Assembly: GCF_000284455.1 (NCBI RefSeq)
Contig: NC_017039.1
Coordinates: 1,770,001-1,802,000, forward strand
From: Synechocystis sp. PCC 6803 substr. PCC-P
GTDB taxonomy: Bacteria; Cyanobacteriota; Cyanobacteriia; Cyanobacteriales; Microcystaceae
Direction of reading: 5' to 3'
Length of the DNA stretch: 32,000 nt
Shown: in pieces, positions 18,950 to 26,579 of the stretch
How positions within the stretch are numbered: the first letter of the stretch is position 1
Layout: every line of letters begins with the position of its first letter
Translations under genes and position numbers: made by a program
The notes under the pieces: model-generated
The model's database searches: none
Told to the model about the DNA's origin: nothing
What the model saw: the letters and a program-made list of their open reading frames with translations, nothing else

Positions 18950-18981
18950 TGACAATTTACAGGGATACCTAACAATTGTCA
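18950..18981 (+). terminator. Possible weak stem-loop just after der
   Basis: TGACAATT (18950-18957) pairs with AATTGTCA (18974-18981) across a 16-nt loop, followed by TTGTTGG. The stem is AT-rich and the U-tract is poor, so this is weak. Confidence 0.25.
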
Positions 18982-19001
18982 TTGTTGGATCACAGGAATC
19001 T

Positions 19002-19132
19002 TTAAGAGCGTGTTTGGAAAGTTTTATTCCGCCCCCTAAATTTCCTCACTGAAGCTCCGACAATACTGGGGGACTTTCACTCAGTTTTCCCTTAAATTTG
19101 GGGGGTCGGGGGGCTTTTAAAACACTCTCTAA
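19002..19132. repeat. Imperfect long inverted repeat (MITE-like, or a structured RNA) in the der 3' intergenic region
   Basis: The outer arms are TTAAGAGCGTGTT (19002-19014) and AACACTCTCTAA (19121-19132). The inner GC-rich arms are CCGCCCCCTAAATTT (19029-19043) and AAATTTGGGGGGTCGG (19094-19109). The central loop is about 50 nt. Confidence 0.5.
19052..19073. repeat. 22-nt direct repeat, copy 1 (AAGCTCCGACAATACTGGGGGA)
   Basis: Matches copy 2 at 19 of 22 positions. It lies in the loop of the inverted repeat. Confidence 0.6.
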
Positions 19133-19186
19133 TGTCACCGAAGAAAGTATTGACAAAATTAGGTATTGTCCCCAATTAGTCCTCTA

Positions 19187-19208
19187 AAGCTCTGATCATA
19201 CTGGGGGA
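19187..19208. repeat. 22-nt direct repeat, copy 2 (AAGCTCTGATCATACTGGGGGA)
   Basis: Lies 135 nt downstream of copy 1. A third partial copy (ATAACTGGGG) is at about 19251-19260. Confidence 0.6.
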
Positions 19209-19262
19209 ATTGTGTGCAACTTTTCGCCAACCGCTGCCAGTTCCCAGAGGATAACTGGGGTA

Positions 19263-20381
19263 CTAAGCTCCACCATTATCTTGATTTTGCCACGTACTAC
19301 GCCAGGCTAATTCTGCCTTGGCCGTCACCTGCTGCCGCTCTAACTGACGATATTGTTTTTCCAGTTTATTTAAATCCTTGAGATAGGTGTGAATTTGTTT
19401 GCGAATTAATCCCAGATTAACGTCAGCAAATTCCAGATCCTTGAGCCGCAAATTCAGGGCTGTCAAACGACTAATTTGTCCCCGTTTTGACCGGTGAATC
19501 AATTCCTCTAGGGCCTCTGGAGAAAGATCTTCATCGTCATCATCATCGTTTTCCGTATCATCCTCCCCTTGGTCAGTAGGCGGTGGGGAGACATTGTCCG
19601 ACTCGGGTTTTTGAGCTTTTTCGATCAATAAATTGACCACGTGGGGCATTTTTTCTCGGTTGGGGGCTAGCCGGTCATCCTCCGACTGTAGGGCCATTTC
19701 TAGAATATGGAGGGGCAGATTGGGAGGAATAATTTTACTAGCAGTGAGCAAACGGTTAATGTTCATCGACAGGGCTACCACACTACGGTGCAGGACTTTT
19801 TCCACCTGTAAATGCCATTTTTGTAAATCCTCAGGAGTTTTAATCACGGTCGGTACTTTGGCTTCCGTAGACCCCATCCCCTGGGGCAATAGCATTTCTA
19901 GGGATAGGCCTTCTTTCTGTAGGGCTTGACTGAGAAAGTCTTTGATTTCCTGTAAGTCCGGAATATTGCTATCTTCGGGTTTTTCCTCCTCTGGAACCTC
20001 TCCATCGCTCCCCAATAGGATCAATTCTTCCGTTTCCTCTGGGGTGTTCTCTGGTTCCTCCACAATCTGTTCCTGGCGGGAAGAGTCCAGAAAAATTCCT
20101 TCTTTTTCCAAGTTTGCTAGCAGTTGCTCATAAAATTTGGCGATCGCCGTGCGTAATTGGGTCTGAAATTTATGACGGGGATTGTAATCTAGCTGGAGAA
20201 AAGCATCGGGATAAATTTGGGTACAAATCTGATAGACGGCATAGACCCCCTGCTGTTGGAGAATCTGTCCCAGACGCTGGGCATACTGGTCATAGGTGGC
20301 GGCAAAGTGATGCCCCAGAATGGCCGTTTGATTTTCGATCTGAGTTAACTGCTCACGGATTTTAGGGATGGAACGGGTCAT
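19263..20381 (-). CDS. Hypothetical acidic, coiled-coil-rich protein (cyanobacteria-type orphan)
   Basis: The ORF is open from a TTG at 20411. I prefer the ATG at 20381 (MTRSIPKIREQL...). Two strongly acidic tracts (EEPENTPEETEE...PEEEKPED and GEDDTENDDDDDEDLSPE). The C-terminus has heptad-like segments (LKDLNKLEKQYRQLERQQ). I recognise no family. Confidence 0.6.
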   Translation of the reverse strand: MTRSIPKIREQLTQIENQTAILGHHFAATYDQYAQRLGQILQQQGVYAVYQICTQIYPDAFLQLDYNPRHKFQTQLRTAIAKFYEQLLANLEKEGIFLDSSRQEQIVEEPENTPEETEELILLGSDGEVPEEEKPEDSNIPDLQEIKDFLSQALQKEGLSLEMLLPQGMGSTEAKVPTVIKTPEDLQKWHLQVEKVLHRSVVALSMNINRLLTASKIIPPNLPLHILEMALQSEDDRLAPNREKMPHVVNLLIEKAQKPESDNVSPPPTDQGEDDTENDDDDDEDLSPEALEELIHRSKRGQISRLTALNLRLKDLEFADVNLGLIRKQIHTYLKDLNKLEKQYRQLERQQVTAKAELAWRSTWQNQDNGGA

Positions 20382-20444
20382 GGGCACTAGTCTAACAACA
20401 GGGCGAGGCAATAGGACTAGATTTTATCCCAGCGACCCAACAGA

Positions 20445-21686
20445 TCAGGTCGTGTAATCCGCATTGATCCGGACATAGTCATAGCTCAAATCACAGCCCC
20501 AAGCGGTTCCTTGCCCCGAACCAGTACCTAGATCCACCTGAATTAGTACTGTGTCCTGTTCTAGATAAGCGCCAGAAGCGGCCTGCTTGAGGTAGTTGCT
20601 CGCTCCAGGGCGATCAAATTCTAGGGGTTGGCCCTGGTCCATAAGTACGTAGTTGCCCAATTTAATCAGTAGATTATTTTGGTCAAATTTAACTCCAGCT
20701 CGCCCCGCTGCCCCGGCAATGCGTCCCCAGTTGGGATCCCGACCAAATACGGCGGATTTAACTAGGGAAGAACCGGCAATGGTTCTGGCCACGGCCCTGG
20801 CAGATTGATCATCCGGGGCCCCAGTGACTTGAATTTCCATCAAACAGGTAGCCCCTTCCCCATCCCTGGCGATCGCCTTGGCCAAATGTTGGCACACAGC
20901 AGTGAGCATGGCTTCCAGCTTCTCGGCGTTGGGGCCCATTTCCGTAATGGCGGCGGTGCGGGATTCCCCATTGGCTAGGGCAAAGAGACTATCATTGGTG
21001 CTGGTGTCCCCGTCCACAGTCACCTGGTTAAAGGTTTTTTGGGTGGCCCGACTGAGCATCTGCTGCCAGAGGGCGGTGGAAACCGCCGCATCACAGGTGA
21101 CAAAAGCTAGCATGGTGGCCATGTTGGGGTGAATCATGCCAGAGCCCTTGGCAATGCCCCCCATCCTCACCGGGCGACCATCAATTTCTGTTTCCAGGGC
21201 GATGGTTTTAGGCACCAAATCCGTGGTCATAATGGCCCTCGCCGCCTTATCGCCGCCATTGGGGGCAAGGGATTGAATTAATGGGGTAATGCCCTGGCGT
21301 AACTGCTCCATTTTGATGCGTTGGCCAATGACACCAGTGGAAGCGAGCAGAATACTTTCGGGGGAAATGTTTAGCCCCTGGGCCAGCAGTTGGGCCGACT
21401 CCACCGCATCGTCCCAGCCCTGTTTGCCCGTGCCGGCATTGGCTTGGCCAGAGTTCACCAAAATAGCCCTAGCGCTGGCCTTAGCCTGTAACCTTTGGCG
21501 ACAATAGTCCACACAGGCTGCCCGCACCTGACTGGTGGTAAAAACTCCCGCGGCGATCGCCTCAGTTTCGGAGTAAATCAGGCTTAAATCGGGGGAACCG
21601 GACGGTTTTAGTCCCGCCGTGATGCCTGCCGCCTTAAAACCTTTGGGGGCGGTGATGTTGCCCTCAATTACCTGCCAGTCAGCCAT
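20445..21686 (-). CDS. argJ: Bifunctional glutamate N-acetyltransferase / amino-acid acetyltransferase ArgJ
   Basis: I prefer the ATG at 21686 (MADWQVIEGNITAPKGFKAAG...), giving 413 aa. The ORF track starts at a TTG at 21710. The autoproteolytic site context is ATMLAFVTCDA (cleavage before Thr). GDTSTNDS and the C-terminal INADYTT are classic ArgJ motifs. Confidence 0.93.
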   Translation of the reverse strand: MADWQVIEGNITAPKGFKAAGITAGLKPSGSPDLSLIYSETEAIAAGVFTTSQVRAACVDYCRQRLQAKASARAILVNSGQANAGTGKQGWDDAVESAQLLAQGLNISPESILLASTGVIGQRIKMEQLRQGITPLIQSLAPNGGDKAARAIMTTDLVPKTIALETEIDGRPVRMGGIAKGSGMIHPNMATMLAFVTCDAAVSTALWQQMLSRATQKTFNQVTVDGDTSTNDSLFALANGESRTAAITEMGPNAEKLEAMLTAVCQHLAKAIARDGEGATCLMEIQVTGAPDDQSARAVARTIAGSSLVKSAVFGRDPNWGRIAGAAGRAGVKFDQNNLLIKLGNYVLMDQGQPLEFDRPGASNYLKQAASGAYLEQDTVLIQVDLGTGSGQGTAWGCDLSYDYVRINADYTT

Positions 21687-21739
21687 AGGAAAAGCCTGCC
21701 ACATTCTCAAACTCAGAGGCCAATCATAGCAGTTCTGCT

Positions 21740-21768
21740 CGGGGTTAATTATTGGTCCTTCAACCCCG
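21740..21768 (-). terminator. Possible stem-loop between the TPR gene and argJ
   Basis: CGGGGTT (21740-21746) pairs with AACCCCG (21762-21768) across a 15-nt loop. No U-tract follows on the minus strand. Confidence 0.25.
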
Positions 21769-21811
21769 GTCAGGAATTGCTGATTTTCGCCTTTGTCCCT
21801 TGGCGATGGGA

Positions 21812-22624
21812 TTAATAACCCAACAATTGACGAATTTCTGTCGCCCTTTCTGATTCTCCCTGGCGATCAAGCAAATTAATTGCCTGGATCATGTCTTCCA
21901 AGGATTCCTCCACTTCCCCCTGTTCCGACCGGATACCGGCCCGGAGAATAAACGCATCAGCATTGTAAGGATTGAGGCGAATGGTGCGATTTAAATCAGC
22001 CAAGGCCCGTTCGTAATTGTTCACCATGGCATAGGCTAGCCCGCGAAAATAATGGGCTTCCTCAGAACGGGGATCAAGCTCTATGGCTCGGTCAAAATCG
22101 GGAATGGCCTGGCGTGGTTGTTCTAACCCCAATTGGGCTTGACCACGACAGATTAAAAGATCTACATCCTGGGGATCAAGCAAGATTCCCTGGCTACAGT
22201 CATCGATCGCCCCTTGGTAATTATTGAGTACTCCGTGGACGTTAGCCCGATTGAAATAGATGGCTGGGTCCTTAGGGTTTAGGGCAATGGCCTGGTCAAA
22301 GTCCGCCAGGGCATCGGTGTACTGTTCGATCACCATATAGGCTACCCCCCGCAAATTATAGGCATCGGCATTCTGGTCATCGGTGTCGATTACCTGGGTA
22401 AAAATGGCGATCGCCTTGAGGGGAGAACCACTTTCCAGTTCATCGAACCCCTCTAGCAACTTTTGTTCTATGGCGGCGGCAGAATTTTGTTCCTGGGCAA
22501 TGAAAGGAGGGGTAAGGGCCGCCTGACTGGGTAAAACTCCCCCTAGGCCAGGGCCGAAAGTGCAGAAACCAACGGTGGCGATCGCCGTTAAGAAAGGAAA
22601 AATGGGACGGGGGAAACAAATCAT
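21812..22624 (-). CDS. Exported or lipoprotein-like TPR-repeat protein
   Basis: I prefer the ATG at 22624 (MICFPRPIFPFLTAIATVGFCTF). A GTG lies at 22636. There are at least five TPR units (AYNLRGVAYMVIEQYTDALADFDQAIALNP etc.). Confidence 0.8.
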   Translation of the reverse strand: MICFPRPIFPFLTAIATVGFCTFGPGLGGVLPSQAALTPPFIAQEQNSAAAIEQKLLEGFDELESGSPLKAIAIFTQVIDTDDQNADAYNLRGVAYMVIEQYTDALADFDQAIALNPKDPAIYFNRANVHGVLNNYQGAIDDCSQGILLDPQDVDLLICRGQAQLGLEQPRQAIPDFDRAIELDPRSEEAHYFRGLAYAMVNNYERALADLNRTIRLNPYNADAFILRAGIRSEQGEVEESLEDMIQAINLLDRQGESERATEIRQLLGY

Positions 22625-22879
22625 GGCAGGCAACACTGGGCGGGGAAGAAAAAATGCCTTCTTTATTTAATGATGGTTTAAAGAATGAAATTAATCCCGC
22701 TTTTTATTAACAACGTAAGGATTTTTAACAAATTTTCACAGTTATCGGCCGCAGTAAAAAAATAACCGACTCCCGGGGGACAAAATTGGCTTTTTGCCCA
22801 GTCGTGCTATGTTGTGTTGTTGTCTGAAAACTGAGCCATTGCGCACCGCCATCCATCACATAGTTAATAGTTTAATTGT

Positions 22880-24055
22880 ATGATTGCCCATCGCCGTCAG
22901 GAGTTAGCCCAGCAATATTACCAGGCTTTACACCAGGACGTATTGCCCTTTTGGGAAAAATATTCCCTCGATCGCCAGGGGGGCGGTTACTTTACCTGCT
23001 TAGACCGTAAAGGCCAGGTTTTTGACACAGATAAATTCATTTGGTTACAAAACCGTCAGGTATGGCAGTTTGCCGTTTTCTACAACCGTTTGGAACCAAA
23101 ACCCCAATGGTTAGAAATTGCCCGCCATGGTGCTGATTTTTTAGCTCGCCACGGCCGAGATCAAGACGGTAATTGGTATTTTGCTTTGGATCAGGAAGGC
23201 AAACCCCTGCGTCAACCCTATAACGTTTTTTCCGATTGCTTCGCCGCCATGGCCTTTAGTCAATATGCCTTAGCCAGTGGGGCGCAGGAAGCTAAAGCCA
23301 TTGCCCTGCAGGCCTACAATAACGTCCTACGCCGTCAGCACAATCCCAAAGGTCAATACGAGAAGTCCTATCCAGGTACTAGACCCCTCAAATCCCTGGC
23401 GGTGCCGATGATTTTAGCCAACCTCACCCTGGAGATGGAATGGTTATTACCGCCTACTACCGTGGAAGAGGTGTTGGCCCAAACCGTCAGAGAAGTGATG
23501 ACGGATTTCCTCGACCCAGAAATAGGATTAATGCGGGAAGCGGTGACCCCCACAGGAGAATTTGTTGATAGTTTTGAAGGGCGGTTGCTCAACCCAGGAC
23601 ACGGCATTGAAGCCATGTGGTTCATGATGGACATTGCCCAACGCTCCGGCGATCGCCAGTTACAGGAGCAAGCCATTGCAGTGGTGTTGAACACCCTGGA
23701 ATATGCCTGGGATGAAGAATTTGGTGGCATATTTTATTTCCTTGATCGCCAGGGCCACCCTCCCCAACAACTGGAATGGGACCAAAAGCTCTGGTGGGTA
23801 CATTTGGAAACCCTGGTTGCCCTAGCCAAGGGCCACCAAGCCACTGGCCAAGAAAAATGTTGGCAATGGTTTGAGCGGGTCCATGATTACGCCTGGAGTC
23901 ATTTCGCCGATCCTGAGTATGGGGAATGGTTTGGCTACCTGAATCGCCGGGGAGAGGTGTTACTCAACCTAAAAGGGGGGAAATGGAAAGGGTGCTTCCA
24001 CGTGCCCCGAGCTCTGTGGCTCTGTGCGGAAACTCTCCAACTTCCGGTTAGTTAA
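22880..24055 (+). CDS. N-acylglucosamine 2-epimerase (AGE / renin-binding-protein family)
   Basis: 391 aa with an ATG start. The (alpha/alpha)6-barrel family motifs [32 protein letters not shown] and [10 protein letters not shown] match AGE. A Synechocystis AGE of this size (slr1975) is an established enzyme, to my recollection. Confidence 0.85.
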   Translation: MIAHRRQELAQQYYQALHQDVLPFWEKYSLDRQGGGYFTCLDRKGQVFDTDKFIWLQNRQVWQFAVFYNRLEPKPQWLEIARHGADFLARHGRDQDGNWYFALDQEGKPLRQPYNVFSDCFAAMAFSQYALASGAQEAKAIALQAYNNVLRRQHNPKGQYEKSYPGTRPLKSLAVPMILANLTLEMEWLLPPTTVEEVLAQTVREVMTDFLDPEIGLMREAVTPTGEFVDSFEGRLLNPGHGIEAMWFMMDIAQRSGDRQLQEQAIAVVLNTLEYAWDEEFGGIFYFLDRQGHPPQQLEWDQKLWWVHLETLVALAKGHQATGQEKCWQWFERVHDYAWSHFADPEYGEWFGYLNRRGEVLLNLKGGKWKGCFHVPRALWLCAETLQLPVS

Positions 24056-24148
24056 TCGTTCTTCCATAGCTAAGGGAACTACTCCTCCCTGATAGGGCAA
24101 GGAAAGCAAATCCCCGTTTATGAAGGTTAGATTTAGTCAGCAATGGAG

Positions 24149-24592
24149 TTAAACTTCACCGCTGACGTGGACAATTACTTCCCGTTGATGGGGCCGTTGC
24201 CGATGCTCCCAGAGAAAAACTCCTTGCCAGGTTCCCAAGCCTAAACGACCATTGACAATGGGAATGTGCTCACTGGTCTTGGTTAAGGCAGACCGGATAT
24301 GGGCAGGCATATCGTCCAAACCCTCTGTGCTATGGCGGTAACGACGACCATCCTCTGGCACCAATTGGGCAAAGAAAATGGCCAGATCCGTCAACACATC
24401 GGGGTCAGCATTTTCTTGGATAATTAACGAGGCGGAAGTATGGCGTACAAATACGGTGCAAAGTCCTGTTTTAACGCCGGAATGTTGCACCACTGCCTGA
24501 ATTTTGCTGTTGAAATTATGGAGACTTTTGCCCTGGGTGGCAATGACTAAAATCTCTTGATGTTGACGAAAAGTAGCGGCAGAGGAGATCAT
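24149..24592 (-). CDS. yjbQ: YjbQ/UPF0047-family protein (secondary thiamine-phosphate synthase-like)
   Basis: 147 aa with an ATG start. GLCTVFVRHTSASLIIQENADPDV, DDMPAHIRSALT and LGTWQGVFLWEHR are the conserved UPF0047 motifs. Confidence 0.85.
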   Translation of the reverse strand: MISSAATFRQHQEILVIATQGKSLHNFNSKIQAVVQHSGVKTGLCTVFVRHTSASLIIQENADPDVLTDLAIFFAQLVPEDGRRYRHSTEGLDDMPAHIRSALTKTSEHIPIVNGRLGLGTWQGVFLWEHRQRPHQREVIVHVSGEV

Positions 24593-24613
24593 TTTATTAG
24601 CTGAAAATATAGA

Positions 24614-24662
24614 GTAAATTTGAGGTTAGATTTAGGTAAATTAGGATTATTCTAAGTAAATT
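24614..24662 (-). promoter_or_regulatory. Three phased GTAAATT repeats (AATTTAC on the minus strand) upstream of yjbQ. Candidate operator or promoter element.
   Basis: GTAAATT occurs at 24614, 24636 and 24656, spaced 22 and 20 nt (about two helical turns). This is 22-70 nt upstream of the yjbQ ATG (24592). A TATATT -10-like hexamer (minus strand) sits at 24605-24610. Confidence 0.3.
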
Positions 24663-24805
24663 GAGTAAGTAGCCACAAGCATAGCTAATTTAATCGCAGG
24701 CAAGAAAGTAGTTACAAAGCTTTGCTAGAAATTAATTTTTGTCTAATTGCTTCCGCCATCGTTAAGCTAAACTGCCGTATTGAATCAGAGCCAGGCCTAC
24801 GGAGA

Positions 24806-26494
24806 TCAGTTAGAACGCTTTTGTTGACTGCGGCTTTCCTGCCAGGTATTGCCAATACCCTGGATAATGCCTTTCCCCACCAGCCCGATCGCCCGGCCAA
24901 CCACTTGGGTTAGCAAAAATACCAGACCGTTGCCCACAAATTCAATCACCGATCTGACACGGGGAGAAAGAGCGTCGCGACATTCCAGGACGATGGTGAC
25001 AAACCAAGGTACTGCCCTTAGTTGGGTTAATTCCTGTTGCCGAGGAGCATAAACCTGGGTGGTCACAATCCCGGCGGGGGTGAGATACAACAGGGTATGT
25101 TGACTTTCAAAAATTTGTTTGGGATTAAGCCAGTAACGGCTAAATTGATAGTACCAAGCTAGATCATTACGGAACCGGGCTACTTGCCGAGAAGAAAGCA
25201 TGGAGTATTCATAAAGGGCAAGTTTAATGGCTTCATGGTCAGCAAAATAGTTCAAAATGAAAACCATGGTGCTGTTAGCCAATTGAATAACTAAATTCTG
25301 GGCGTATAGGTCACTATATTGTTGCGCTTCCGTGGAGCCTAAGGGGTATGCCTTTTGATTTACCACCAGGGGCTCGCCAAAAAGAAGATGGTGAAACAGG
25401 GGCACAACAAAGGGAATTTTAACCAATTTTTCCCGGCAAATAATGGGCTGGTAGACTTCCAATAAAGACTGGATTTGCTCAAGGCTAAACTCGCTTTTGG
25501 GCTGACAGTATTTACCAAAAAAGGTCAGGCTTAAAGACCGCCACATTTCCGCCACAATGGATAGGCAATTTTCTGGCAACTGGGCTGGGGTAATCCGTAG
25601 AGCTTTGAGTTCGTTAATGGTGGTTTCCAGTTGTTGTTGCCCCAAGGAAAGAAGTTCCTGACGTTTAAGGGGTTGGAGAATGTCCAACTCCAGGGGGATG
25701 GCGGTAAGGTTTTCCACCTGTAGGGGCATTTGTTGGAGAATTTGTCCCAGGGCAGTGAGGTTGCTGGGGGGACGCAGAGTAATGGTCCTAACTCCAGAAC
25801 GGCGGGGACTGGGGGGAGAAGGGGGCAAGACGGTGGTGGTGGCAGTCAGGATATTAGTCGCTTTATGCCAGGTTTTGAGGCGCTGGGGCAATAAATTCCG
25901 CACTAACCACTGGGCAAATTTCAGTTCTCTTTCTCTGCCCCGCCAAAATAGTCGGTCAAAGTCCGATAGGGATGGTACCTGTAAACTCTTCTGGACTTGT
26001 TGGAGGCTTTGTTCAATTTGTCCTAATCCGTCCCGGAACAGGGGCCAGATCAACTTTTCCCACAGGCTCAGGGGGGGCGCATTGACGGTTTGCAAACTAG
26101 GCCAGCAGGTTTGCCCAAAATGAACCTGTTTTAAGCCCGTTACCAAGTCGGCGATCGCCGTTCCTTTGGGAAAGTAGGCCGCAATGCCCTGGGTTTTGGC
26201 CGCCAGTAGTTGATCGTATTCCAAACTAGCGGTGAGCAAGCAAATTTTGACCTGGGGGTAAGCACTGCTCAATTGCCGTAGGAGGGGCCAGGCAGATTGG
26301 GAGCGGCGGGGAAACTGGGGGTCGATCAATAAAATACTGGGAGCTAGGGTTTCTAGCTGTTGCCGCAGATCGTCCAGGGTTTCTCCTTCCCCCAACACTT
26401 GCACACCGGTCTCCCTCCCCAGCACGGTGATCAATCCCAGGCGAAACACGGGATCCTCATCAACAATGACAATGGTTAAGGGAGATTCACTCAC
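24806..26494 (-). CDS. Response regulator: N-terminal receiver domain fused to a large DUF3685-type domain with no recognisable DNA-binding output
   Basis: 562 aa with a GTG start. The REC motifs are IVIVDEDPVFR, ILLIDPQF (putative phospho-Asp), ICLLTAS and YFPKG. The remaining roughly 430 aa match no output domain I recognise. The layout fits the cyanobacterial REC-DUF3685 architecture. The C-terminal segment GNGLVFLLTQVVGRAIGLVGKGIIQGIG is hydrophobic or amphipathic. Confidence 0.75.
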   Translation of the reverse strand: MSESPLTIVIVDEDPVFRLGLITVLGRETGVQVLGEGETLDDLRQQLETLAPSILLIDPQFPRRSQSAWPLLRQLSSAYPQVKICLLTASLEYDQLLAAKTQGIAAYFPKGTAIADLVTGLKQVHFGQTCWPSLQTVNAPPLSLWEKLIWPLFRDGLGQIEQSLQQVQKSLQVPSLSDFDRLFWRGRERELKFAQWLVRNLLPQRLKTWHKATNILTATTTVLPPSPPSPRRSGVRTITLRPPSNLTALGQILQQMPLQVENLTAIPLELDILQPLKRQELLSLGQQQLETTINELKALRITPAQLPENCLSIVAEMWRSLSLTFFGKYCQPKSEFSLEQIQSLLEVYQPIICREKLVKIPFVVPLFHHLLFGEPLVVNQKAYPLGSTEAQQYSDLYAQNLVIQLANSTMVFILNYFADHEAIKLALYEYSMLSSRQVARFRNDLAWYYQFSRYWLNPKQIFESQHTLLYLTPAGIVTTQVYAPRQQELTQLRAVPWFVTIVLECRDALSPRVRSVIEFVGNGLVFLLTQVVGRAIGLVGKGIIQGIGNTWQESRSQQKRSN

Positions 26495-26554
26495 GGCAAT
26501 GGTGGGGCCACAACACCGCCCATTCTAGAACGTTAACTGACTAACACATACCAT

Positions 26555-26576
26555 TGAATTAAATTTGAATTAAATT
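26555..26576. repeat. Perfect tandem duplication of the 11-mer TGAATTAAATT
   Basis: TGAATTAAATTTGAATTAAATT lies between the futC-like stop (26580) and the response-regulator start (26494). It is 61-82 nt upstream of the regulator GTG on the minus strand. Confidence 0.8.
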
Positions 26577-26579
26577 GCC

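Noticed and set aside
23368-23730. 120-aa minus-strand ORF inside the epimerase gene
   Set aside because: It is antisense to a confidently identified AGE-family gene.
25680-26123. 147-aa plus-strand ORF inside the response-regulator gene
   Set aside because: It is an antisense frame rich in Arg, Gly and Cys, and the receiver-DUF3685 frame is continuous over 562 codons.
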